Assembly: GCA_905372305.1 (NCBI GenBank)
Contig: CAJPOP010000002.1
Location: forward strand, 74,898 to 138,897
Source of the DNA: Candidatus Saccharimonadota bacterium
GTDB taxonomy: Bacteria > Patescibacteriota > Saccharimonadia > Saccharimonadales > Saccharimonadaceae
Direction of reading: 5' to 3'
Length of the DNA: 64,000 nucleotides
Made by a program: the position numbers and the translations under genes. Under the pieces are notes generated by a model that worked only from the letters and a program-made list of their open reading frames with translations, searched no databases and was not told the origin of the DNA. This document shows positions 30,059 to 38,852 of the stretch, in pieces; within the stretch, counting starts at the first letter, position 1; each line of letters begins with the position of its first letter.

Positions 30059-31690
30059 TTACAAGCGCTCCGGCGCCGTAATTCCCAAAATCGTCAGCCC
30101 CGCTTCCAATATATCAGCATACACCGCCACCAGACCGACGCGATGTGCTTCTTTGTCGCTGCCGACAACTTGATTTTTCTCGTAATAGCGATTGAACTCC
30201 TGCGCCAACTCAAACAAATAGGCGCAGATATGATGCGGCTCCAAGCTCTCGGTAGCACGGTTAACCGCCTCCGTGTATTCGCTCATTTTCCTGACTAGCA
30301 GCCGATCTTCGTCAAACAATTCCGTTGGGAACGTGACTGCCTGTTCAGACTTTGCCAAAATCCCTCGCGCCCGAGCGTGCGCATATTGCAGGTAGCTACC
30401 GGTATTACCGGTGAGACTCACCGCATCATTGATATCAAATACCACGTCGCTACCAATTTTCACTTTCAAAAATTGATAGCGCAGCGCGCCTGCCACCACC
30501 TCTTCGGTTGGTTCGCCGCCAGCTTGGGTGATGGCTTTTTTGAACTCGTTAAACAGCCAATCAATAGTAATCACCTCGCCGGTACGCGAACTCATTTTGC
30601 CAGTTGTTAATTTGACCAAGCCAGTTGCATAATTAAACAATTTACCTTTCAATTCTGGAATTGCCAGTTCACTAGCCGCGATCACCCCGCGGAAATACGC
30701 CGCCTGCTCTTCACCATTGACGGTAATCGATAGGTCTAGGTTTGGATAATCTTGGCGCTTCAGCTGAATTAGCCCCATGTCGTGTGCGCCGTACAACCCA
30801 TTGCCGTGCGAACCGATAAAGACATTGTCAAACGCGCCGTACTGACTGCCCTTGAAAATATACGCACCATCCGACTTGGTAAAGACCTCTGGAGTTTTTG
30901 CTTTAATCAAGGCCTTGCCTGGCACTTCAGTCTCGCTCTCGACATAACGCCGCTCAATTGGCACATTGCCCAGCCGCGCCACATTGGCGTCAATTTCATC
31001 AAAACTCCAAGCCTTACAAATCTCGTACACCTGCTTATAGAGCGGATCGTCTAGCACAAATGACTGCTTGGCTAGCTCATCAATTTCCGCTCGTGCCTCT
31101 GGCGATTCTTTAGCCGCCCGTGCGCCTTCAACGTACATACGGCTCATAAACTCGTTGCGCTTATCAGCCGGAATAGCCTCTAGTTTGCTGACATCACCAT
31201 CAATCTCGCGAAGAATCGCCCACATACTCTTGCCGACATGCGTACCAACATCACCGTGATAACTCGCCCGGTGTACCGATGCACCATCCACCGCCAGCAA
31301 ATTCGCCATCGTGTCCGCCAAAATCGCGTTCAAAGCATGGCCAATATGCATGGCCTTAAACGGATTTGGGCAATTGGTTTCAATAACGACCGTCTTGCCT
31401 GCACGATTGGTCGCCGGCCGCACTTTCAGCGATTCCAACACCGCTTGGTCGCTTAACGTCACGTTGATGAAGCCTGGCCCAGCCACGCTAACCTCGCTAA
31501 ACTCCTGGCGGCCGCGCAACTCTTCGGCAATCGCCTCAGCAATCTCGCGCGGATTTTTGCACAGCGGCTTGGCTAATTGCAGCGCCACATTCGTCGCAAA
31601 GTCGCCAAACTTCGGGTCAGGGCGCGTCAATTGCACCGATACATCTTGATCAAAAAGTTTTGTAATAATCTCAGAAATAACTCGTTCCAT
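30059..31690 (-). CDS. argS: Arginine--tRNA ligase
   Basis: FGDFATN, GPGFIN, PNPFKAMHIGH, KMSSRTG and GNTGSYLQYAHAR. Confidence 0.97.
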   Translation of the reverse strand: MERVISEIITKLFDQDVSVQLTRPDPKFGDFATNVALQLAKPLCKNPREIAEAIAEELRGRQEFSEVSVAGPGFINVTLSDQAVLESLKVRPATNRAGKTVVIETNCPNPFKAMHIGHALNAILADTMANLLAVDGASVHRASYHGDVGTHVGKSMWAILREIDGDVSKLEAIPADKRNEFMSRMYVEGARAAKESPEARAEIDELAKQSFVLDDPLYKQVYEICKAWSFDEIDANVARLGNVPIERRYVESETEVPGKALIKAKTPEVFTKSDGAYIFKGSQYGAFDNVFIGSHGNGLYGAHDMGLIQLKRQDYPNLDLSITVNGEEQAAYFRGVIAASELAIPELKGKLFNYATGLVKLTTGKMSSRTGEVITIDWLFNEFKKAITQAGGEPTEEVVAGALRYQFLKVKIGSDVVFDINDAVSLTGNTGSYLQYAHARARGILAKSEQAVTFPTELFDEDRLLVRKMSEYTEAVNRATESLEPHHICAYLFELAQEFNRYYEKNQVVGSDKEAHRVGLVAVYADILEAGLTILGITAPERL

Positions 31691-31719
31691 ACTGTTTAGT
31701 ATAACAGATATAGCCTAAA

Positions 31720-31872
31720 TTATTCCTCGCTCATTTCCTCCAACTGCAACAAACTCATTGAACTTGGGCTAGAACCTTTGACATGCTTTAAGACATAGTC
31801 CAAAGCTGACATATCGTCGCGGCTCAGCACGCTATTATCATCCAGCTCGCGGATATTGCTTTCTTCAGCCAT
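31720..31872 (-). CDS. Small acidic hypothetical protein (50 aa)
   Basis: Manual translation MAEESNIRELDDNSVLSRDDMSALDYVLKHVKGSSPSSMSLLQLEEMSEE, with AAGGA RBS and an upstream TTGACA-17-TATCAT promoter (31911-31939). Confidence 0.5.
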   Translation of the reverse strand: MAEESNIRELDDNSVLSRDDMSALDYVLKHVKGSSPSSMSLLQLEEMSEE

Positions 31873-31941
31873 TTTTATTCCTTTTTATGTTTAGTTTAAT
31901 ATACTATTTAATGATAGCATATGCTTTTTATTTTGTCAATA

Positions 31942-32838
31942 TTATGATGCTAATTCCCAATCGTAATTCTGATGCATCCAATCCAGCACCACCCCGCCAA
32001 GAGCGTTTAATATCTCCCGCTGCTTGCGGCTAGCTGCTTCTGGCGACGAACCATTCAAGCTATCCAGTACATCCTTATAGTTCTCAACGTCCTGATTGCT
32101 TGGCGCAATCGGCTCGCCAAACACTAGCAACACACCTTTATTCGTAAGCGACCATGACGGATGAATTTTATTATCATTAAGCTGGGTTGGATTGCGACGC
32201 TGTCCTTCAACCTGCATAAGCGCCGGCAAAATAGCCCGCCCCGTTGACAGCGCCAAATGCGGTACTAATTTGCCCGGTTTGTTTGGCAATTCGCCGTTAT
32301 TTTCTACGCCGTAGCCAGTCACCGGGTTATGCGCTGCCGTCACAACCGTCAAGCCGCTGTCTGTCATTCTTTGTGTCAGCCCGTCGTAGTCGCTGCTATT
32401 AAACCGCAGCGGATATTTACTTTCACCGCCAGCACCTGGCATATTCTCATAAGCTACTGGGTAAACATTATTCATACCGACAAGTTTATATGGTAATCTC
32501 TGATGCCAGAGCCTCATATTAGTTTCAGCAACTGGCACTACAATTTTATTCATCTTGGCGATAATACTAGTAATAGTCGAGACATCAACATCAGTTAAAT
32601 GACTGGTTGCCGTTATAAAGCCATTATCTTTTTCAGTATCTTTAGTCTCTTTAGCTGCTGTAAGCAGATGTTTTTCGCCGTCAACTTCAACCGTAACGTT
32701 GCCTAGCAACATATCTGCCACCATTGACAGCGGAACTCGTAATCGCCGCTGGCTAGGCTCATATAATCCTTCGGCCACCCCGGCTTTAGCTTGCTGATTA
32801 ATTTCTTGTATAGCTGGAGAATGTGAAAATAGCGTCAT
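31942..32838 (-). CDS. Divergent PlsC-like (lysophospholipid acyltransferase superfamily) protein
   Basis: HX4D motif ATSHLTDVD; HLALSTGRAILPA and LVFGEPI resemble LPLAT blocks. Confidence 0.6.
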   Translation of the reverse strand: MTLFSHSPAIQEINQQAKAGVAEGLYEPSQRRLRVPLSMVADMLLGNVTVEVDGEKHLLTAAKETKDTEKDNGFITATSHLTDVDVSTITSIIAKMNKIVVPVAETNMRLWHQRLPYKLVGMNNVYPVAYENMPGAGGESKYPLRFNSSDYDGLTQRMTDSGLTVVTAAHNPVTGYGVENNGELPNKPGKLVPHLALSTGRAILPALMQVEGQRRNPTQLNDNKIHPSWSLTNKGVLLVFGEPIAPSNQDVENYKDVLDSLNGSSPEAASRKQREILNALGGVVLDWMHQNYDWELAS

Positions 32839-32972
32839 GATAGCCTCATTCTACTACCCGCCCCCCCAGTTGTCAAAAGCAGCAAAAATGACTTTTATGC
32901 ATTCTGCATGATATATCATCAGTGCAGTACTCCCTAACCAGGCTGGAATAAATAGCGAAGCAGAATATCTGG

Positions 32973-34559
32973 CTAAGAATCTCCAGCCAAAATAGCTCGA
33001 ATTAGCCCGTCAAATAGCGGATGCGGACGGAACGGGCGCGACTTAAATTCAGGATGAGCTTGCGTAGCCACGAAATACTGATGATGCGGCGCTTCGATAA
33101 ATTCCACCAGCTGACCGTTAGGCGACGTGCCAGAAACCACGAGACCGCCCCGCTCAATCGCCTGAACAAACTCTTGATTCACTTCGTAGCGGTGGCGATG
33201 CCGCTCAATCACCTCTGTTTTACCATAAATTTTAGCAACAAGCGAACTAGATTTCAGCACCGCCGGATAATCGCCGAGGCGCATCGTGCCGCCGGTCGAC
33301 TGCTTGCCCTGCTGGCCGTCCATGATGTACACCACATTCGCGCCAGGCTCAGCGCCAAACTCTTCACTGTTAGCATTCGCTACGCCGCCCAAACGCGCTG
33401 CCGCAATGACCGCCGCCTGCAAACCCAAGCAAATTCCTAAATACGGTTTGTTGTTTTTTATACAATACTCAGCCGCCTTGATCTTACCCTCAACGCCGCG
33501 CGTACCGAAACCACCCGGCACCACGATAGCGTCAACGCTGGCAAAATCAGCTTCGCTGGCTGTCTCAGCATTAATCCACTTGATGGAAATCTCGCTTTTG
33601 TTCGCCCAAGCGGCAGACTTTAGCGCCTCGGTCACTGATAAGTAGGTATCAGAATTATCAATGTATTTAGCCACCAAGCCGACGGTTACCCGCTTGGCAT
33701 ACTCAGTAGTATCACGCTGAGCTAGACGTTTCCATCGCTGTAAATTTGGCTCCACTGAATTGTCGGTAAATTCGCCAAGCAGCTTACCTAAATCACGGTA
33801 CACCGTCAATGGCACTTCATATACCGTATCAACATTTGGCATCATAATAATTCCCTCCTGGCGTACGCCAGACGAAATGGCAATTTTTTCGCCGATACTG
33901 CGCGGCGGCTTGTCATGACCCTCAGTCCGCACCGCCACCACATCCGGCATAATTCCAAAACCGCGAAGATCCGCCAGCGCATTCTGAGCCGGCTTAGTCT
34001 TGTACTCGTGCGATGCCTCCAAAAACGGCACATACACCACGTGCACGAATAGGCAATTTCCCCGCCCCACATCCAGCGCAAAACCGCGGATCGCCTCGAT
34101 AAAGCTCAGGCCCTCGTAGTCGCCGACTGTACCGCCAATTTCCACGATGTGGACGTCGCCTTCGGCCGCCTCGCGGATAGCCGCCTTGATAGAGTTAGTC
34201 AAATGCGGCACCATCTGTACCGTCTGGCCGCCAAACTTACCAGCCCGCTCATCGGCGATCAAATCGCGCAGCAATCGGCCTGACAGCGTGGTGTTTTTCC
34301 GCGTCAGTTCCAAATCTAAAAATCGCTCGTAATGGCCCAAGTCCAAATCAGTCTCGGCACCATCTTTAGTCACGAAACATTCGCCATGCTCTTTCGGATT
34401 TAGCAGCCCAGCATCAACATTCAGATACGGATCGCACTTTTGTACCGACACGGCGATGCCTTTGTCCTGCAGCACTGCACCGATACTGGCGGCTGTGATC
34501 CCTTTACCTACACCCGACAGCACGCCGCCAGTTACGAAAATATACTTCTTTATCATCAC
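32973..34559 (-). CDS. pyrG: CTP synthase
   Basis: YIFVTGGVLSGVGKG, ETDLDLGHYERF, GICLGLQ, ERHRHRYE and QAHPEF. Confidence 0.98.
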   Translation of the reverse strand: MMIKKYIFVTGGVLSGVGKGITAASIGAVLQDKGIAVSVQKCDPYLNVDAGLLNPKEHGECFVTKDGAETDLDLGHYERFLDLELTRKNTTLSGRLLRDLIADERAGKFGGQTVQMVPHLTNSIKAAIREAAEGDVHIVEIGGTVGDYEGLSFIEAIRGFALDVGRGNCLFVHVVYVPFLEASHEYKTKPAQNALADLRGFGIMPDVVAVRTEGHDKPPRSIGEKIAISSGVRQEGIIMMPNVDTVYEVPLTVYRDLGKLLGEFTDNSVEPNLQRWKRLAQRDTTEYAKRVTVGLVAKYIDNSDTYLSVTEALKSAAWANKSEISIKWINAETASEADFASVDAIVVPGGFGTRGVEGKIKAAEYCIKNNKPYLGICLGLQAAVIAAARLGGVANANSEEFGAEPGANVVYIMDGQQGKQSTGGTMRLGDYPAVLKSSSLVAKIYGKTEVIERHRHRYEVNQEFVQAIERGGLVVSGTSPNGQLVEFIEAPHHQYFVATQAHPEFKSRPFRPHPLFDGLIRAILAGDS

Positions 34560-34573
34560 TTCTCCAACATATC

Positions 34574-34600
34574 AAAAGAGGCGTCAAATCGACACCTCTG
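34574..34600 (-). terminator. Hairpin plus U-tract after the small CxxC ORF
   Basis: Minus strand AGAGGTGTC-GATTT-GACGCCTCT-TTTG. Confidence 0.6.
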
Positions 34601-34605
34601 TTGTT

Positions 34606-34779
34606 TTATTCACAACCATCGCAAATCGTCAGACTCGCCGGATCAATGGGCGCAGCGACACTGCCATTCGCCCTGGCCTGTTCGTCAGCCACCGCCTGCG
34701 CTGCCTGCATCGCCGCATCGATGGCATTCAATTTTTCTTCCAATGTCATGTCGTCAGAAATAATTTGACTTGCGTTCAT
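34606..34779 (-). CDS. 57-aa protein ending in CxxC; putative stand-alone NrdA C-terminal redox tail
   Basis: Manual translation MNASQIISDDMTLEEKLNAIDAAMQAAQAVADEQARANGSVAAPIDPASLTICDGCE*. AAGGA RBS, downstream terminator and upstream NrdR-like boxes. Below the ORF-track size cut-off. Confidence 0.8.
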   Translation of the reverse strand: MNASQIISDDMTLEEKLNAIDAAMQAAQAVADEQARANGSVAAPIDPASLTICDGCE

Positions 34780-34790
34780 TTATCTGTCCT

Positions 34791-34838
34791 TATCTATATT
34801 TAGTAGTGCTAATGCTTATATTACGCTATATATAGCGC
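34791..34838. promoter_or_regulatory. Tandem NrdR-box-like sites upstream of the small CxxC ORF
   Basis: TATCTATATTTAGTAG (34791-34806) and ACGCTATATATAGCGC (34823-34838), 32 bp apart, compared with consensus acaCwAtATaTwGtgt. Confidence 0.7.
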
Positions 34839-35237
34839 TTATGCAATATAGTGCCGCCAATTTCCTGTTGTAGTTTTTTCATCAAGATTACCGATTGGCA
34901 TGATGTAAATTTGTCTATTTTCCACGCGCGGCATAAAGTCGCCCAGCTTGTTGGCATACACTTCCAAAGCCGCCGCCTCTTCTTCCTCTGGTAGCTCTCG
35001 TACCTTTGTTGTTAAAAATACAGCACTCTTTTGATCGTTCCACACTACAAATTCCACAACACCGCTGCGGTAGGCATTAATGGCGTGACGGGACTGTCGG
35101 TCAGAGATCCAAATAATGTTGTCGTTTTTATAACGTACAAAGTGGAGCGGCGTGATTAATGGCGTTCTGTCACGATTGACGGTTGCCAAAGCGCCAACTT
35201 CAACTGTGTCTAAAATATCTGTTGTAATTTTGTCCAT
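34839..35237 (-). CDS. Pyridoxamine 5'-phosphate oxidase-like (FMN-binding split barrel) protein
   Basis: GALATVNRDRTPLITPLHF...IIWISDRQSRHAIN pattern; starts 5 nt after the nrdB stop. Confidence 0.75.
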   Translation of the reverse strand: MDKITTDILDTVEVGALATVNRDRTPLITPLHFVRYKNDNIIWISDRQSRHAINAYRSGVVEFVVWNDQKSAVFLTTKVRELPEEEEAAALEVYANKLGDFMPRVENRQIYIMPIGNLDEKTTTGNWRHYIA

Positions 35238-35242
35238 GGCAG

Positions 35243-36244
35243 TTACTTCGTGGTATTTACTTCATAGCTAGTGTTAGTGCTTTCAAAGAAATTGACCAAT
35301 TCCAAAGTGTCATTTGCGGTAGCCATCCATTTGGCTGGATTAGCCACATTGTACTCCGGCTCAAAACCAAGCTCGACCAAGCGACGGTCAGTCATGTGCA
35401 TGACATACTGATTGACATAATCAGCGTTTAAGCCGAGAATTCCCTTTGGCAGCATATCCTTATTGTATTCTTTCTCCAGCTCCACCGCCTGTAGGATAAG
35501 CCCGCGAATTTCCTCAGCAAATTCCTGGGTTTGCAGTTCTGGGTTTTCGTCCAAGATGGTCAGCAGCAAATTGATACCGAAAGTTAAGTGCAAGTTCTCG
35601 TCCTTGGTAATCCAGTCCAGCAGCGTACCGACATTGCGCAGCAAGTTACGCTGACGGAAACTCATGCCGACCATAAAGCCCGAATAGAACCAAATGCCCT
35701 CCAGCACAATATTATACGCCACCAGCGAGCGGACAAAATCTTTCTTACCCTCCAAAGAGTAAATATCCAAGTTTGGATCCAGCATCACATCCAGGTGCTT
35801 GTTCTGAAAATCTGCCTTGTCGGCCAATGATTTTTTGCCAAAGCCTGCCGCGTAAATCTCTTCGCGGTCAAACGGAAAGGTCTCAATGATGTATTCAAAA
35901 GTCATGAAGTGATTGGCTTCTTCCCACATCTGTTTTGACAGATAGAGCTGCGCTTCAGCGGCGTTAACATATGGGTAAATGCCAAATGCCAGCGACTTGT
36001 TGATTAGTAGTTCGTTTGGGTTGAGGTAGCTGATGACGGTTTTTAGCGCATGCTTTTCTTCGTCACTGAGTTTTTCAAAATCCGCCAAATCCTGCACCAA
36101 CTGCACCTCGTTAGGAAACCAGGTGTTAGCCACTGCTTGGTTGTATAAATCGTATGCCCATGGGTAACGTATTGGGTGCAAGCTCAGCCCATCGCGCAGT
36201 CCTGAGCCTAAAATTCCCTGTTTAGGATGTTGATAATCTGCCAT
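35243..36244 (-). CDS. nrdB: Ribonucleotide reductase beta subunit with class Ic (R2c) signature
   Basis: NTWFPNEV, YLNPNE, EEANHFMTF, LEGIWFYSGF, DENLH and C-terminal NFFESTNTSY. Start reassigned to MADYQ (36244) after AAGGAG. Confidence 0.93.
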   Translation of the reverse strand: MADYQHPKQGILGSGLRDGLSLHPIRYPWAYDLYNQAVANTWFPNEVQLVQDLADFEKLSDEEKHALKTVISYLNPNELLINKSLAFGIYPYVNAAEAQLYLSKQMWEEANHFMTFEYIIETFPFDREEIYAAGFGKKSLADKADFQNKHLDVMLDPNLDIYSLEGKKDFVRSLVAYNIVLEGIWFYSGFMVGMSFRQRNLLRNVGTLLDWITKDENLHLTFGINLLLTILDENPELQTQEFAEEIRGLILQAVELEKEYNKDMLPKGILGLNADYVNQYVMHMTDRRLVELGFEPEYNVANPAKWMATANDTLELVNFFESTNTSYEVNTTK

Positions 36245-36245
36245 A

Positions 36246-38654
36246 TTATTCTCCTTTTTTAACCTTGGCAAATCCAAACCCGCGCGTTTTAGCGCCAGTT
36301 CGAATCTTCTGTTCTGCTAATTTCTCCACCGACACGGTGGTCTGCTCTGACTGATGACGCGGCTTGACGTGCAGATAGTAGGTGGTTTTTAGACCGCGCC
36401 GCCAGGCTTCCGAATAAATCTCCACATATTCATCAATATCACGAGTCTCAAGATACATATTACGGCTAATCGCCTGATCCACCCACTTCTGCGCCCGCGC
36501 TGCCACCTCAATAAAGGCATAGGGACTGAGTTGGAAGCTGGTTTTATAAACATCTTTCAGTTTTTGCGGAATAGCATCGATATGCTGAATGTCACCCTGA
36601 TTGGCAAAAACCTCTTCCTTGATGTCATCCCACAAATTCAATTGCTTAAGGTCGCGCACCAAATTATTATTCACTTCTAGAAACTTACCGTTCAACGTTG
36701 AGCGGCTAAAAATCTGCGCAAACTGCGGATCAATCCCCGGCGTCGTTCCCGCCACATGACCGATGTTAGCGGTCGGGGCAATAGCCATCAGCGTGGCATT
36801 ACGCATGCCCTTTTTAACTTTCTTACGTAATTTATCCCAATCTAGACGGGTTTTGTTATCAATTTTCACCTTAACCTTGCGATTGTTCGACAATTCCGCC
36901 ACCGTATCAATCGGCAAAACACCCTTACTCCAACCGCTGCCGTTATATGTCGGATAGCTGCCTAGCTTGGCCGCCAAGTCCGCTGACTGGTCGATGGCGT
37001 GATAACTAATAAACTCGGTCAATTGGTCAATCAGCTCATAGGCTTCGCTCGATTCATAGCAATAACCGAGTTTTTCCAATACGTCCGAAAAACCCATCAT
37101 CCCTAATCCGACAGCTCTCGTCTGCTGGTTGGCGTGCATCGCCTCTTTAACTGGCGTCTCAGTAATATCGATCAGATTATCCAATTGTCGAATCGCCGCC
37201 CGTGTCGCCTCTTGCAAACGATCCCAGTCCCAAGTCTTATCCTCACGCAAAAACGCTGACAAATTGATACTAACCAAGTTACAGGTGGCGATATTATCCT
37301 TGTCTTGAGGTAAGGTAATTTCCGTACAGAGGTTGGACAAATGAATTGTACCGGTGTTATTATTCAGTGCCCGCACATTAATGGTATCTTTCCAAGTTAA
37401 CCACGGATGGCTAGTGGCCTGCAGGCTAGTTAAAATCTGCTTAAATTGCTGACGGGCAGAAATCTTTTCAAAGACCCGCAATTTACCAGCTTCGGCCAGC
37501 TTAATATATTCCTTATAACGCGCCGAAAACTCCTCACCGTATAACTCTGGCAAATCTGGCGTTTCCGCCGGATCGAACAGATACCAATCCTGATCTTTCT
37601 GCACCCGCTTCATAAACTCATCAGAGATAAACACTGCGGTGTTGGCAAAGCGCGTCCGCATGTACGGGTCGCCAGAATTAGAACGCAGATCAATAAATTG
37701 CCCAAAATTAAGGTGCCAGTTCTCCATATAAATGGCGGCTGCGCCAGCTTTCTTGCCCTTACGGCTAACCGCAAACAACGCCGTATCGATCATCTTCATG
37801 AAAGGAATTGGACCAGTTGATTCAGTATTAGTGGTCTTAACTGGGCTACCGGCTGCCCGCAACTTAGTAAAACCGATGCCGATGCCGCCAGTACCCTTGG
37901 CGATAAACATCGTATCCCGCACACTCTTGGCAATTGACTCCATATCGTCATCAACATTTAGCAAAAAACAGTTACTGAGCTGTGGGAAGGAGCCGCCAGC
38001 ATTAACCCGTGTCGAACCGCCCGGCAGATATTCTAACTTGCTCATATGTTCATAAAACTCAATCGCTGCCACAGTTGGATCTGGCTCGTTATAGCTAAGT
38101 CCCATAGCGATGCGCATATGAGTAAATTGCGGTGTTTCCAGCGGGTCGCCGCTTTGTTTGCGCAAGGCGTAGCGGTTTTTATTGGTCATCACACCGAGAT
38201 ATTTACTGAGATCGTCGCGTTCTGGCTGTAATGCTTCGCCCAATTTTTTCAAATCAAATCGCCCGTCGCTCATCCGCTTATCAAGTAAGCCATCTTTGAC
38301 CGCCGCTTTAACAAACTTCGGAAACTCCCGCGCATGCAATTTCTTTAATTCGTCGGCCGTCTCGTAATCGCCCAAGATACTCTTATAAATAGTCTTTAGT
38401 AGCAAACGGGCTGCGATTTTATCATAATCTGGATCATCCTTGACATTCTGTAGTGTCGTCTGGATGACAGCCTGGTCGAGCTGCTCGGTGGTAATCCCGT
38501 CAAATAGCGTCAGCTGCAGCTCGGTCGCCACCTGTACCACTTTAGAAACCTGATCTGGTAGACCATCGCAGGCCTTCAAAATCGCTGCGTTAATTTTATT
38601 GGCATCAAACGGCTCTTTTGTACCGTCGCGCTTGATGACGTTGATTTGTTGCAT
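36246..38654 (-). CDS. nrdA: Ribonucleotide reductase alpha subunit with ATP cone, lacking the C-terminal Cys pair
   Basis: VIKRDG ATP cone, QLSNCF, SNLCTEI, TCNL, IAPTAN and KTTYYL; no Cys after the YY motif. Confidence 0.97.
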   Translation of the reverse strand: MQQINVIKRDGTKEPFDANKINAAILKACDGLPDQVSKVVQVATELQLTLFDGITTEQLDQAVIQTTLQNVKDDPDYDKIAARLLLKTIYKSILGDYETADELKKLHAREFPKFVKAAVKDGLLDKRMSDGRFDLKKLGEALQPERDDLSKYLGVMTNKNRYALRKQSGDPLETPQFTHMRIAMGLSYNEPDPTVAAIEFYEHMSKLEYLPGGSTRVNAGGSFPQLSNCFLLNVDDDMESIAKSVRDTMFIAKGTGGIGIGFTKLRAAGSPVKTTNTESTGPIPFMKMIDTALFAVSRKGKKAGAAAIYMENWHLNFGQFIDLRSNSGDPYMRTRFANTAVFISDEFMKRVQKDQDWYLFDPAETPDLPELYGEEFSARYKEYIKLAEAGKLRVFEKISARQQFKQILTSLQATSHPWLTWKDTINVRALNNNTGTIHLSNLCTEITLPQDKDNIATCNLVSINLSAFLREDKTWDWDRLQEATRAAIRQLDNLIDITETPVKEAMHANQQTRAVGLGMMGFSDVLEKLGYCYESSEAYELIDQLTEFISYHAIDQSADLAAKLGSYPTYNGSGWSKGVLPIDTVAELSNNRKVKVKIDNKTRLDWDKLRKKVKKGMRNATLMAIAPTANIGHVAGTTPGIDPQFAQIFSRSTLNGKFLEVNNNLVRDLKQLNLWDDIKEEVFANQGDIQHIDAIPQKLKDVYKTSFQLSPYAFIEVAARAQKWVDQAISRNMYLETRDIDEYVEIYSEAWRRGLKTTYYLHVKPRHQSEQTTVSVEKLAEQKIRTGAKTRGFGFAKVKKGE

Positions 38655-38747
38655 GTACCCTCCTTAATTTGCCCTGCTAAAAATCAGCCGCCAGTACCCC
38701 ATCTGGTGGCTCATTCGGATAATTTGCCTTTTTGTTTATTTATGGGT

Positions 38748-38797
38748 TCGCTACATATATAGCGTACAACACTAACTATAGCCGCTACATATAGTGT
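38748..38797. promoter_or_regulatory. NrdR-box-like sites upstream of nrdA
   Basis: CCGCTACATATAGTGT (38782-38797; reverse ACACTATATGTAGCGG), ACACTAACTATAGCCG (38769-38784) and a weaker GCTACATATATAGCGT (38750-38765). Confidence 0.7.
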
Positions 38798-38852
38798 TTT
38801 TCAAGACATTTGGTAAATTTTACAACCTATTTTTGCTATAATCAGATACGGT

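Noticed and set aside
36246..36380. NrdA tail missing because of a frameshift or sequencing error
   Set aside because: Both alternative frames after the YY motif hit stops without a CxxC, and the nrdA end carries the nrdB RBS with the start 2 nt after the stop, so the Cys-free end looks genuine.
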